Assembly: GCF_009914755.1 (NCBI RefSeq)
Contig: NC_060926.1
DNA length: 64,000 nucleotides
Source: the human T2T-CHM13v2.0 reference genome, Homo sapiens
Strand: one strand, 5' to 3'
Part shown: positions 38,581 through 55,029 of the stretch, piece by piece
How positions within the stretch are numbered: position 1 is the first letter of the stretch
How the letters are laid out: each line of letters opens with the position of its first letter
Notes under the pieces: model-generated
The model's database searches: none
What the model saw: only the letters and a program-made list of their open reading frames with translations
Told to the model about the DNA's origin: nothing
Made by a program: the position numbers and the translations under genes

Positions 38581-41500
38581 TCAACTGCTTGACAAGATGA
38601 AATTCATAATTATTATCAGAAGAAATTGAGTAGAAAAGGAAATAGAGGATGCAATTATTATAATTTTTTTGGTCTTATTGAATATCTCAGCTAAAAGTTT
38701 CTGAAGATAAGTTAGAGATAATGACCTTTCATTCTGCCTGTGATAGTATGATCTTTCACCTTATTTGTGTTTCATTTTTAATTCTTTTACATAAGGGTAC
38801 TGAGAAATGTACAATACAGTGAGAAATAGAGACCAACTTTAATTTATGCATTGCTATCTTTCTAGAAAATAAAACTAGACCAGAAATTATTCACTTTAAT
38901 CTAGGAGAACACACACACACACATACACACATATCACTTAGCTATTATAGAATAGAAATGCCTCTGGAAATAAAACTTTATTTAAAATAACATGTAGCAC
39001 CTGACGATAAACCATTTTCTCGTCTGAAAAAATTGCACATAGTGTTCATTCTCAGATGTGAGCTTGTAATCTTTTTTTTGAGACTATGTTTTCCACCCAG
39101 ATAACATCTTTAGAAGTAAATAGAGTGCTAGAATTTTTCTTTTTTTTGAATCAAGTAAATAATGTATAAATATTGTAGCTATTTTAACTTATTTAGTAAC
39201 TTAATTTCACAACTTTATGCCAATAGAAGTATTATGCTGTAGACTATGCTATTCAATTCAGTTTAATTAAGCATATATTTCTAGAAACCTTGTTTTGTAA
39301 AAGGCATTCTCATAGTCGAAGGAAAAATGGTATTACTTATCAATATTTAATGATTCATGTAATTGGTAAAGTACCATTGGTATTTTTTCCTCATATTAGA
39401 TATGATGTGGTTGTAACCAGTCATAGAACTATCTCTGGAAAACATTTATTTGCACATTGGTTTTGCATAGAAATATGCAACCTAATAAAAATTTAATTAC
39501 ATTAATCAAGAAATATTACTGTCAAGTCTATCCTCACAGCAACTTCACCAACACCCATCTTTTAACCCTGAAGATAAATTACATCAAAAAACAAATTGCA
39601 ATCAGAATGACACTTGGCAAGCTTGAAATCAGAGGAAGAATTAAATTGGTAGTGAAACAATTAATGGCTTTGGAATCTGATAACCTAAAATTTATATGAT
39701 TTCATTTTATTATCACCCAAACTGAATTAGATAAGCTTATAAATATTGTTATATGTAATAGTAAGAATTGTTTGTGCTTCAAAATATACATTAAATGTGT
39801 GTGTATGTGTATATATATATATATATATGTATACTCACATATCTATGATGGTTTTAATATTCTTAGTGTTTTTCATCTTTGAGGTCTTAAACACTTCTTT
39901 AGGGATGATAAAGCATAAGTATCAACAATGATTATATTTTATCACAATATATATGAGGGAAAATCGGTCAATAAAATGTATTCGATTGGACATTTCAAAC
40001 ATGTTCTAGAAAGAATCTCATACTGCTTCCAATCAAATAGAATTTCCTTAAATTTTCATCATTTTATTATAAAACCTAACAAAAGAGGAGACTATTATTT
40101 AATATTTTAGAAATCTACAGGGCTTAATATGTCTAACTGTAGTAGAAAGTAAATTCCATAAGGTAGCAACATTAGCTGTCATATCCACCCTATATTCTTA
40201 GTGCTTAGAACCTTGCCTGGCACAGAATTGCTGCTTAATAAATGTTTATAGAATTCTGAGAATAAATAAAAGTACTTTTGAAGCACTTTGCTGGAAGTTA
40301 AAACTGATCATAAGACCTTCACATTGAAATAGCATTTTAGACACTTATTTTATGCAAATTGATTACACATCTGCTATATGCATGATGTTATGTTGGACAG
40401 TGTCAAGAATATAACTGTTAAGAAGGTATGATAGTATGTAGTTAATAAATACTGGTTTTATTTATTTTAAAATAAATCTTTCATTTCATGGTTCTAAAAT
40501 ATTAAAAATTAATGTATGTTGGCTTACAAATTTGATGATATGAAGACAAAATGTAAATTAGACATTTTAGTCTCAAACTGAGCTAAAATCACTGTCAATA
40601 TTTTGATGCACTCATTAATATTTAATATATCTACGTGTAATTAAACATTATGAAGAATTGGGCTTTAAAAAAATGTTTTGCCCGATTTTGTCAAACAGGG
40701 TTTTCTATTGTTTTAACAACTTAACATTGTATCTTAGACATTTTCTCTTTTCATCAAAAGTTTTGGATGCAAATAATTTTAAAAAGTGTACACAAGTAAG
40801 TCATATTTATTAAATCCCCTATTTATTCATTAAATAAATATTAATTGAGAACTTACAAGGTACCACATACTATTTATGCAAAACAAAGATCCTGCTAAAG
40901 TTTACATTCTATTGAAAATTCATAGACAACAAACAAAGATGCAAAAGCATGTACATATGTGTTAAGTGGCAGTGCAATGGTGCAGGATATGCAGGGCAAG
41001 AGGACAAAGAATAATTGGAGTGAGGGCTGCATTACACACAGTGGTCAAGGAAGACTTCTTTCCAAGGGTGACATTTGATTAGAGAACTAAAGAAGTGAAG
41101 GAGCCACTGAGGGGAGGATCTGAAGGAAATGCCTGTTAGGCAGAAAAGTTATTGCAAATGCTGAAGCAGAACCTTGCTTGAAATATTTGAAGGATGACAA
41201 AAGAATAAGGCAGAAGTGGAAGAAAGAAACCCTTAATAGGATAAAGTGGCCAGGTGACGTAGGGCTCTGAAGGCTATATTGGATTTCGACTTTTATTATT
41301 AGTGATCAGCCAGTCATGTAAAGTGATGGGACCTGGTTGCTTTATGAAATGATGGCTTTGGCAGCTCTGTGGAGGATAGACCATAGAGAGTCCAGAGTGA
41401 CCACAGGAAGAACAGCCAGGAAAGTATGGCCTGGGTAAGAAATTATAGTGGCTTGACCAACTGTGATTACGGAAGTGAGAAATAGTCAAATTCTGCATAT

Positions 41501-42690
41501 TATCTTTTGTAGAGCTAAAAGGATTTTATGGCTGACCACTGTGGGGTGTCCATGAAAGAGAAATCAAGCATGATGCCAAATATGTTATTTGCACCAATGA
41601 AAACTAGGGAGTTACCTTGATAGGAGGAACAGGTTGGAAATCAGCAGTTTGGTTTTGAACTTGTTAAATTTTAGATAAGTACTTGAGATTCAAGTCAAAA
41701 TGTCAAGAATTTGAGAATTTGGACCTCAGCGAAGTAATCTGGGCCAAAGACAAAACTTTGGGAGTTAACAGTTAATGGATGGTGTTTTCATATTGGAGGG
41801 GATCCAAGGGACTGTATGAAGAGAGAGAGGATTGCCAATGCCCACACTCTGAATAATTCTACAGGTAGAGTGTAGGAACCCAAGGAGGATGCAGGGTAGG
41901 GAACAAAAGTAAGAGGCTGGAAAATTTTGAGATATGAAGAAAGAGTGGTATCCCAAAGGAAGAAAATTAAGGGTGTTTAAAGACGAATGAGGCAATCAAG
42001 AGTTTCAGATGCAGCTGTCAGATCAACTAATAGGAGAGCTAAGTAATAACCCCTGAAGTGACCTCTAAAGGGCATAGTCACTGTGAGAAGGGTTTTGGTA
42101 GATTGGCAAGGTGGATGTCTGATTGGAGTGTGTTTAAGATAGAGTGAGGCTAGAGAAAACGGGGAAAGAAAATATAGCCTAAAATTTGAGAAGCTTTTCT
42201 GAAAATGGGGGGTTGGACAGATTGGGCATTACCTGGTGGGAAATGTGCTTTTATCAGAAGGGTTTGTTCAAAGACAGGCAATATGATTTTATGTTTGCAT
42301 GATAATATAATTATAAAGGAGAGAGAGCGCCACTCATGGTGAAAAGGGAGAAGCCAAGGCAAGTATGAGTTTCTGGAATAAAGAGCAGGTATATGATCTT
42401 GTGTGTAGCATTGGGGTTGGCTCTACATGAGAATGTGGAAAGTTTAATTCATTATAATTGAAAAAATGCTCAAGGTACATGTGTTATGCTAAAGTTTATA
42501 TAAAAAGCACCAGGAAATTTCTTGTTATTCTATTTACCCAATAAAATAAGATATAAGCTCATCAACTGCATTTGACAGAAAAAAAAAGAAAATTTGGAGG
42601 TATGAGGAAAAGTAGATTATGTGAAATAATCATCTAGGAGAGTGAGAGAGTAAATAATAGCAGTAATGTCAGGCAGCACTAAGAGATTAA

Positions 42691-44532
<1,842 letters not shown>

Positions 44533-45061
44533 TAGTGTTCAAGTTTAGTGTTCATGATTAAAACTGAGATGATTCAGCATGGTTTTGTGTTTTTCTCCAT
44601 ATTCTAAGCCACCTCCAACTACTCAAATGTCAGGCTCAGAGTAGGTAGAGATGTACATTTAACCTGGATGGAGATTGGAAGAAGAGAAAGAAAAGGAAGT
44701 AGAGAAGGTTTACAAAGAAGTAATGATAATGACAGGGTTCTAATCCAACTGGAATAAAGGAAGAAAATTAGGAAAAGTAAAAAGGCATTAGTGTACATTG
44801 TTCGAAAATAGTAAGGTGCCAAAACATTGCTGGAGTCAAGATACAATACAGAATAAATTTTAAAGATAGGTGGTGTTCATCTGAAAGTGAGTGCTTGATA
44901 TGGAAAATTTGAAGGTTATAGCAAAGGTTTGAGGATGACAGTGGTAGTGTGTGGATGAGGTAGATGAGAAACAAGATCATTGGAGGTGAGAAGATAAAGT
45001 TCAAGATATTTGAAGGATAATCTTCATTCATATTAAAAATATCTTGAATGATGCTATACGG

Positions 45062-45325
45062 TGGCAGTAGAATATAGTGGTAAGAAAGGCCTTGGAGCTA
45101 GAAATCTGAATTCAAATTATGGCTTTGACAATACTATTTGTAAAATCTTAGGCTACTCATGTGAACTGTGCCTTATTCCTTTATCCAGAAAATGGGCATA
45201 CTATAATTGACTATCATACAGGATTATTTTGAGAACTTAATGAGATAATATGTGTAAAGCTCTAAAACTATTCTGGAATATTCTAAGCAAGTTCTAGCAC
45301 ATGCTAAGTATGTGTTATTACTATT
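45062..45325 (+). mobile_element. MIR
   Basis: ggcagtagaatatagtggtaag...ttggagctagaaatctgaattcaaat...aatgagataatatgtgtaaagc. Confidence 0.8.
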
Positions 45326-45408
45326 ATGTTTCAAATATGTGGCTATTATATAATACTTTTATATTTAAGTTGTTTACAATTTTTCAGTTACAAATAATTG
45401 CAATGTGA

Positions 45409-45829
<421 letters not shown>

Positions 45830-46064
45830 ACAAAATGTTTTCAAAAGTGTACATGCATTTTGATCTTTACTAGTCATGTGTGCAAATTCTTGCAATGTGA
45901 ATAAAAGACAAATAAAAATTTGTCTCTTAATAATTTTGGATACATGCAATATCGAAATTATACAACTGCATTTTAACATTGGATTAACAACTGTGAAGTT
46001 TACTCACAAGTAATTCAATATCTATTTTATCATCATAAAAAGTTAGATAAAAATGTGGTTTATA

Positions 46065-46180
46065 GGCTGAGTGTGGTGGCTTACATCTATAATCCCAGCA
46101 CTTTGGGAGGCCGAGGTGGGAGGATTGGTTGAGGCTTAGAGTTCAAGACCAGCCTGGGCCACCTAGTGATAACCTGTATC

Positions 46181-46218
<38 letters not shown>

Positions 46219-46230
46219 GAAAAAAAAAAA
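46065..46230 (+). mobile_element. FLAM_C / free left Alu monomer
   Basis: Single left arm followed by a long A-rich tail. Confidence 0.88.
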
Positions 46231-47059
46231 CTAAAAAATAACTAAAGAAATCATATATTAATAGTAATTCTATGTAAATGGTAGAATTATGAATGACAAT
46301 TTCTTCTTTACACGTTTCTAAATTTGTAAAATTTTCTGATAGAAAATGTGCTACCTTATAAAAAGAAAATAAACATTGCCATTTTAAAGAGAACATATAT
46401 TTCTTATCCTACAGTATAATGAAGGTAGGAAATGTAGAAGTGTGTATATACACATACATACACAGGAACGACATAATTTTAAAATCATCAGTTCCACTAG
46501 ACAAGTGTAATAAAAGTCCTCTTGAGAACAAAGAAAATGGAAAGATGGTTTCATATTGAGAGTGGGTTACCAGGTGGAACTTTACTAAGTATAAGATATT
46601 TGGGTAAAAAAGGATAAGAGGATTTTAAGAGATTAGGAAGTTCATTTTGGACAAAGAAAATATGGGAAATGAAGGCACACAGCCCATTAGAAAACATGGA
46701 CCATCTAGGGACGATATAAGCAGCCAAGTGCAAAGGCAATGGGAATATGTTGGAATCTAGGTGGAGGCTTGAGAGCTCATGGTTTTGGATAACGAGCCTA
46801 GGAGACAATCATTTAGAATGCAGGGATTTAATGATGCCAATAATGATTGGTAATTGAATCTCAGATATACTAAATGCCACATATGACCCATATTCTAATC
46901 AGTGGCATCATCTATATCACACATCTGCATATAGGACAAATAAAATTTGTAAAGATGCAGATAAAGTGCTTAGCACAAAGTGTGGCACATAGTCATACTC
47001 ACCGTATAATAACTGTCATTATTGTTGCTATTGGCAATAAAAGCACTAAGAAATGAAAA

Positions 47060-47322
47060 GGCTACAGTAAAAAGACTAGCGATATTTGAGAAAGGCAGAC
47101 TACATTACAATCCTCAACTAAACACTTGCTAGTTGTGTTGACGTGGTAACTAATTTAACTCTTCTGAACTAACTGCCTTTTCTTAATCTGTAATGCAGAG
47201 ACAATAAGGGTTATTTATATATTTTTTTTAAAGAATAGAGATAGAGATAATTCATATAAAAAACTAACATGGAAATCAGCAGGTATCAAATGTTTACAGA
47301 ATAGCAACTATGTTATTATTAT
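47060..47322 (+). mobile_element. MIR (another MIR 3' end at ~46900-47030)
   Basis: cacttgctagttgtgttgac...ttaactcttctgaac...aatctgtaatg. Confidence 0.65.
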
Positions 47323-48769
47323 TACTGATTCTGATTCTGCATTAATAGAAATTCAGGTACTTTATGTTCTTCTTTACTTCCCATGAGACCATCTGAGGCC
47401 CAACGTATACTTTGCTACAACTGAGAAATAAATAAAAAGAGGTGTCTGGTAGACTATTTTTCATATTTAAGAGAGAGTAGTTGGAAAAAAGAGCTCAGAG
47501 TCTCTGCAAGTGATTAATTTTGGTACAAGTAATACTGTTTCTGGCAGAGGAAGCTGAATATTCAGCATTGTGACTAAGCCAGTCCCAAGACATTATGGAA
47601 CAGAACAAAGAAGGGTCTGTCACATCAGGAAATGAAGAGAGCCAGCATCTTACTGAAGGAAAAAAAGAGACAAAGGGAATTGAACAAGAGATAGGTTTTA
47701 GTGACATAAGCTTGTTTATGTCCTTGTCCTTTACACAGTTCTGAAGCTTCAGTACAAACTTGCATAACTCACAGCCATTAAGGCTATACATTTCCAGGAA
47801 TTCTCAGAGACTTGACTCACTTATTACTAGAGTGATAATAAGTTGTTTTCTTGAATATATGTACATAATCTCTAACCCCCAAACTGACTTTTTCTAAATG
47901 TAGAATTTGAAGAAAAAGATAACTAAGATCTATTACAGCTCTATAATATTATGATTCTTTTAAATTATATCCACTTATATCCTAGTAATAAAAAACATTC
48001 TGATGTTGGCATTCAGAGATAGTTTTATTTTGTTTTGTTTATTCTATTTGAGACCTGGCTAGCAAAAGAATCGTATCTAAATTCCACCCTCATAAAAACT
48101 AATGTCATGTGACTATATGGATTAACCCTAATAGCATCTGGCCATTCAAGTATAAATTTTTATTCTCTTAAATGAAGGCATAAATCAAATAACTAAGTTT
48201 GTATGTTACTATAGACTGTGTTTTCTTTTCTTTTCTTTACTCAGTAGTCACATACCCATTTTTCATGTAATAGAATATCTTGATGGAAGCTGTAAAGATA
48301 TTCAGGGTTTAGGTAACAAAATACTAAATAAGAAATTACAAAATTATTCTTCTACAAGAGCACTTTAGCGTAAAGTTCCTGGAATATCCACTCATGCTCA
48401 GGGATATTTCCATGGGACTCTGCCATATACACTCATTTGCATGGGGTTTGTTAAGCCTGTGATCAATAAAGTCATCTGTGTCAACATTTGGAGTATGTTT
48501 ATAAATTGTGATTCATTTGAAAATTGGTGTTCATTTTTAAAGATATGGCCAATACAATCAGTGGCCAATAACAGATACTGTACCATGATTAATAAAACGG
48601 ACCCACTGTGAAAAATGCCATGACATGTAAGGCACAAGTCTGCTACCACTGAAGATAAGCTTGACTTGGCAGCTGGTCCTGGGTACAGAGGGGCAGTAGA
48701 GTGGATCTTTATGTAAGGGGAGCCTGTGCTCAGCTTCTTCATGTAGGAGAGTCTTCTCCCTCCTCACTG

Positions 48770-50560
48770 AATGCCTCCATATCCTGAGAAATACCTTTTT
48801 AACTGGTACTGAAAATGCAGCTTTTATGTTGGTACAGGATTGCTATGAGAAAGCCATACCTGTAGGCTAATATGATTTGAGAAAAAGCAAAATCAGGATA
48901 TGAAAAAATCATAAGATAAAAGAAGGTAAAGGACCTAAAGCTGTAGAATTTTGTTTTTAATTTCAATAGATTTCGGGAAGCGTGTAAATTTGTTTATATA
49001 GATAAGTTCTTTAGTGGTGATTTCTGAGATTTTGGTGAACCCAACAGCAGAGCAGTGTACCCTCTACTCAATGTGTAGTTTTTTCTCCCTCACCCCATTC
49101 CACCCTTTTCTGAGTCCCCAAAGTCCATTATATCATTCTCATCTCTTTGCATCCTCATAGCTTAACTCCTCCTTATAAGTGCAAACATATGATATTTGCT
49201 TTTCTATTCCTCAGTTATGAATTTAACATCAGTAAGGGATAGTTTGATAATTTTAGAAGGAGGTTTGGCTTTTGAAATATCAACTGGAGAAGGAGGTTCT
49301 GCCTACTAAAAGGCAGCAGAGTTCCCAAAACCGTTAAGAAAATTATTGAGGTGGAAGGATACCTACCTGAACAGATTTTTAATGGAGATGAAAGTACTGG
49401 ATTTTGGGAGAAAATGCCACAAAGGACATTTATTACTAAGGAAGAGAAGTCAACACCAGTATTTAAGGCAGAAAGAGATAGGCTAACTCTACTGTATTTT
49501 TGCAAATGCAGTTGGGTTTATGGTCAGGGCTGCCCTTATCTATAAAGCTCAAGCCTTGAAGGGGCAAAGTAAATACCAGCTGCCAGTTTTTCTGTTGTAC
49601 AACAATAAGGTCTGGACAATGAAATCCCTTTTCTGGATTGCTTCCATTGACGCATTGTCCCCGAAGTCAATAAGTACCTTCCCAGTAAGAGACTGCCTTT
49701 TAAAGTTCTTTTGATATTGGACAATGCCATCCAGAACCCCAGGACTTTAATACCAAAGGTGTCGAAGTGGTCCACTTGCCTCCAAATACAACGTCTCTAA
49801 CTCAGTCTCTAATCAGGGGGTCATAAGAGTCTTAAAGTCTTGTCATACACATTATCAAAAGGATTATCATAATATAGAAGAGAACTACAGAAAGAACATC
49901 ATAAAAGTATGGAAGGATTACACAGCTGAAAATGCCATTATAGTTACAGAAAAAGCCATGAAAGTTATCAAACCAAAAAACAAAGCAAAAAAAAAACCCT
50001 GCTGGAGAAATCTGTGTTCTGATATTGTGCATGACTTTACAGCACTGACAGAGTCAATCAGGGAAATCATGAAAGCATTTGCGGATACGGCAAAAAAAAA
50101 AAAAAAAAAAGAGGAGGACGAAGTGTTTCAAGATATGGATCTTGGAGAAATTCAAGAGTTAACGGACACCACACCACAGGAATGAACAGAAGATGACTTG
50201 ATGGAGATGAGTGCTTCTGAACCAGTGCCAGATGATGAAGAAGACATGGAAGGAGCAGTGACAGAAAACAAATCGGCATTAGACAATCTGGCAGAAGGGC
50301 TCAGATTATTCAAGCCTGCTTTCGACTCTACTGCAAAATGAACCCTTTATGATACACGAACTGAAACTAAAACAAATGGTGGAAAAAGCATTGGTACCAT
50401 ATAGAAATATTTTTAGAGAAATGAAAAGGCCAAAAAGTCAGACAGAAATTATGATTTATTTCCATAAAGTTACACCGAGTATGCCTGCCTCTCCTGCCTC
50501 CCCTTTCACCTCCTTCACCTCTTCAACCTCTACCATTCTCCTTTTCCTCTTCAGACTACT
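48770..50560 (+). pseudogene. Decayed Tigger2 transposase
   Basis: GYLPEQIFNGDESTGFWEKMPQRTFITKEEK...DRLTLL (pogo DDE_1 first-Asp motif) and CWRNLC...QELTDTTP; many stops and frameshifts. Confidence 0.88.
48952..49218 (-). mobile_element. L1PB 3' end nested in Tigger2
   Basis: ataagttctttagtggtgatttctgagattttggtg...gagtccccaaagtccattatatcatt; flanked by gaattt. Confidence 0.9.
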
Positions 50561-50874
50561 CAATGTAAAGACACCTAGGATGAAAACCTTTATAGTGATT
50601 CACTTCCATTTAATAAAGAGCAAATATATTTTTTCTTTCTTATAATATCCTTAACATTTTCTTTTCTCAGCTTCCTATATTGTAATACAGTACATAGTAC
50701 ATATAACATACAAAACATGTGTTAATTAACTTTATGCTATCAGTAAGTCTTCCAGACAACAGTAAACTGTTAGTAGTTCAAGTTTTTGGTAAGTCAAAGT
50801 TTTATGCAGATTTTCAACTTTGTAGGAAGTTGGCACCCTTAACCCCTGCATGGTTCAGGTCTCACTTATGTATG

Positions 50875-50878
<4 letters not shown>

Positions 50879-50921
<43 letters not shown>
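50879..50921. repeat. (TA)n microsatellite
   Basis: About 21 perfect units. Confidence 0.97.
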
Positions 50922-50924
<3 letters not shown>

Positions 50925-52347
50925 CATACGCACACATATACATTTCACATGCAGTATTTCTTACATTAAAATTGCCATATTTCTGTAATATAAAATCATA
51001 TAATCCTAACCTTTCTATTATCTATTTCATTATTTCTATTCCCATTATGCCTCACTTTCCACCATTACCACCAGAATCATTGTGCCAAATAAAAGAGGGG
51101 TCAGATAAACTTGTAAAATTCACTGGAAATTATTCCTTATGCATTACAATGATTTTCACTTTTAGGCAATTCTTGAAAATCTAAACTCACATATAAGAAA
51201 TATGTATCTTAACAGATACCGCCTGCTGACTACACAATATCAATAAATAGAGTCATGCTGGCAGGCTTGTCTGTATAATGCTTAAGGGAATCACATTTCT
51301 GAATAATCAGAAGCCTATCTCTGATATCAGAAGATATGTTTTAAATGTACAAAGAAAACATGGAAAAATAATTCAGATAAACACATTAAACCTTTAAGGT
51401 TCCATTATTTTAAGATAAATGGCCCAATTCTGATTAAAACCTTTTCCTGTCTAATTAACCATATATTTCATTACGTAATTTTTTATTCAAAGGATGCTTT
51501 GTATTTTTTAAAATTATTTTATATTTGTTATTTTACTGTCCCCAAACAGTGGCTTTGCCCACTATAAGGGATAATTACTAGTTTTACAAACTCATCTTAT
51601 TGACAGAATTCCCAAAAATTAGCTGGTTTTATTTTAGTGAGTGACCAGATACTTATAGCTACAAAACAATTTAAAGGCAAAGTAATGATTACGTCTAACT
51701 CCTAACTCCTCAGTAGTTCAGTGTGTTCTTTTGCTGGCACATATATTCCCAGATCTTTCATCTTTTCACATGTATCCTTTCACTCCTTACTTATGTGCAG
51801 CCCATTTCTGTCTCAACGGTCACCTAAAACCTGCCTAAACATTGAATCCACCCTCACATCCCGGAGAGAAATCACTTCTTATTATGTATTTTGTGTTCTG
51901 AATTTTTGCTCTGTTTCCCTTTGACCCAAACATTGAGTTAGATGATTAGATTATTTAGTGCTTATTGCATAATGAAAGATGACTGCTGTGTCATTTAGGA
52001 CTGAATTCAACTGCTAGCAACAGAAAATTCAACTCAATCGAGTTTGAATTCAGTTTAGGGATTTATTTAACTCACATGCATTGAAGTCCAGAGCTGGGCG
52101 GGTGCTAGACATGGAGCAGGTGCTCCACGAGATCATTTGGACCTGTGGCAATTCTGCTTTCTGCTCCACCACCCTCACATTTGTCTCCTTAGGATTACCA
52201 GATGGCTGCTCAATCACAGGCACCAGGCCTGCTTTTAATGCAGGGACAGGGAAGAAGGAAGAAAGGCTATACCAGCTGTGCAAGTCCCTCTTTTTCAGGA
52301 AAGCAAAAGCTTTTGAAATAAAATGCTGTAAATTTACATTTATGTTT

Positions 52348-52741
52348 TGTTTTACTCTGCTTTGTGTTGATATAACAGAATACTACAGAGTGGGCAATGT
52401 ATAAAGGAAACAAATATATATCTCACAGTTCTGAAGGCTGAGAAGTCCAATATCAAGGTGCTGGCAGCTTGCAAGGGTCTTCTTCCTGTGTCATTCCGTG
52501 GAGGGAGGTGTAAGAGCGAAAGAGCATGTGCAAGAGGGAGAGGAAGGGAGCCAAATTCATCCTTTACCTGGAATCAGCTCCCATGATAACTAACCCACTC
52601 CCATGATAATGGCATTAATATATTCATGAGGGCAGAGCGCTCATGAACTCCACTTCTTAAAGATTCCACCTCTCAACACTGTTGCACTGGGAATTAAGCT
52701 TCCAGCACAGGAATTTGGAGGGACACATTCAAACCATAGCA
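52348..52741 (-). mobile_element. MSTC/MSTB2-like solo LTR
   Basis: ataactaacccactcccatgataatggcattaat...ttcaaaccatagca; perfect 5-bp TSD tgttt. Confidence 0.88.
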
Positions 52742-52849
52742 TGTTTCATTGTTGAAATTATGTTTCATGGCCACACCTACTACCAAGGAAAGCTGGGAAA
52801 ATGGCTTCTTATCTTAGGCACATTGCTTCCCTGAATATAACCAAGGAGG

Positions 52850-53110
52850 AAATCTGTTAAAGGATACAAAACTACAGCTAGATAGGAGGAATAAGCTCTA
52901 GTGTTCTATACCACTCTAGCATGACTATAATTAGCTATGATATATAGTTTCAAATAACTAGAAGGAGGATATTAGATGTCCCCAATACAAAGAAATAATA
53001 AATATTGGCTAATTACCCTGGTCTGATCACTTTACATTATGTGGTGAAATATCGCTACATACTCCACAAATATCTACAATTATTATACGTCAATTTACAA
53101 GTAAATACAA
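52850..53110 (+). mobile_element. L1MA 3' end
   Basis: ggatacaaaactacagctagataggaggaataag...gctaattaccctggtctgatcact. Confidence 0.85.
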
Positions 53111-54635
53111 TTTTTGAACAGATAATTTAAATAAACTGAAAAGAAAAGATTCTATTAACAAGGAAGAAAGAATAAATGTATATTAAGAGACAACTAACGG
53201 TGTGGTGTAAACCCTCGTGTAAAGTCAGATATTGTGCTTAATCATATGCAGATTTCCTTCTAAGGATCATTGTTACTAATACTCAATAGGGAGTACTTTT
53301 TGTTCTCCTTCTCACTGTACTTGTTTACTCTACCCAGTTTTTGATTTTGGGATTGCATTACCAGTTTCAGATTTTGTCTTAAAGGGAATTTGAGTTTGGA
53401 TTTACAGATGCTAGAACCATGTAAAGGCAATTATGAATGTCAATGACTTCCAGTTACCACTGCTCTTAGAGAACCTGTGCCACTTCTAATTGTTTTAGCT
53501 TCGTCTCAGCTGCCTATGAAGAGCTGCGAGAGCTTGGGGTGCCAGTGATTTTTCCAGGTCTTAAATTGATCATTTAAGATGCACTGTAATATCATTTAAA
53601 CATATAGTTCTAAAGGGTGTCTCAAGGTCAGAGAAATGCCCCACAACCTTAGCTAACCATACATGGGGCAGATAGCAATTCTATAAGCCAAACTCTATTT
53701 CCCGTAAACTTTGATGCAGAACAGGTGATTCTATCTGTGTGGGGTTATGGGGGTAAAAAATGTGCTCAGGTTGTTTTTCACAGGGGCAAAATGAAGAAAA
53801 AAGAATTTCCATAGGGTAATTCTACCTAAAGAGGAAACAGCTCTACCGAACCTTTGCCAATGTAGAATTCTCAAACTGGTACACTTACTCAGAACAAGAA
53901 ATAAATAAGTTACCTTTAAAGAGAAAATTTCTAAAAATAGTTGCATTTTTACTCATATTAATATTTCTTAGTCTCTCAGTTTATGTACATCACTTCTCAG
54001 AATAGGAGCATTTTGGTGAGCAAGAGAGGATGAGTGTATTCAAATGTAATCACTCTGTGCTCTTAAAAAGACAGAAATGTTTTCCTGAAAGGGACATTGC
54101 ATCAACATCACTGTTTCTGTGCTCAGTCTCCGAATATTTCTGCATACACTGTACACTCTGGACCTAGAATTTTCCTTGTGATGAGTAAAGAAAATCTTTG
54201 GCCTCGTCCAGAGCTTGCCCTGGGCTTTCATTTTTATTATTTCAAACAAATTTTATAAACTGCCTACGCTGTATCATGTTTCTCATAAACCAGGAATAAA
54301 AAAGCAGGAAAGATGGTGGCCCCACCATAAATGTCAACTTTTGAAGACAGTGACAAGGTAAGCAGGAGATGGATGCTCAGGGGAAAGGATTATGGAGAGG
54401 ACGGTAGGTAAGAACTTAATCAGGGGATAAACAGGAAGTCATGTGTGGGTTTAAAAAAATTACAGTTAGAACCTCAACACAGACATCACAGACCGCAAAC
54501 ACATAATTTCTTTTTTTTCTCTTTGTTGTACCATCTATTTCAATGTAAACTTATAGTTTTAAGGCTCAGTTAAGGAGCCAAATAATACATCTGTGAAACT
54601 ACTCTCCATTTTAACTATAAGACAAATAATTTGTC

Positions 54636-55029
<394 letters not shown>

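Larger units (their letters stand above)
48770..50868 (+). mobile_element. Tigger2 (pogo-like TcMar DNA transposon), 5'-truncated
   Basis: gaaatacctttt...gaaaatgcagcttttatg through a MER28/Tigger2a-like 3' end (aacccctgcatggttcagg). Confidence 0.9.
51987..53210 (-). mobile_element. MLT1K/J-like LTR, interrupted by MST and L1MA
   Basis: gctagcaacagaaaa...agatggctgc...catggccacacctactaccaaggaaagctgggaaa. Confidence 0.7.

Noticed and set aside
48430-48575. Octamer ATTTGCAT plus two tggCCAATa boxes as a promoter
   Set aside because: No TATA/Inr arrangement or CpG enrichment; these motifs are common by chance.
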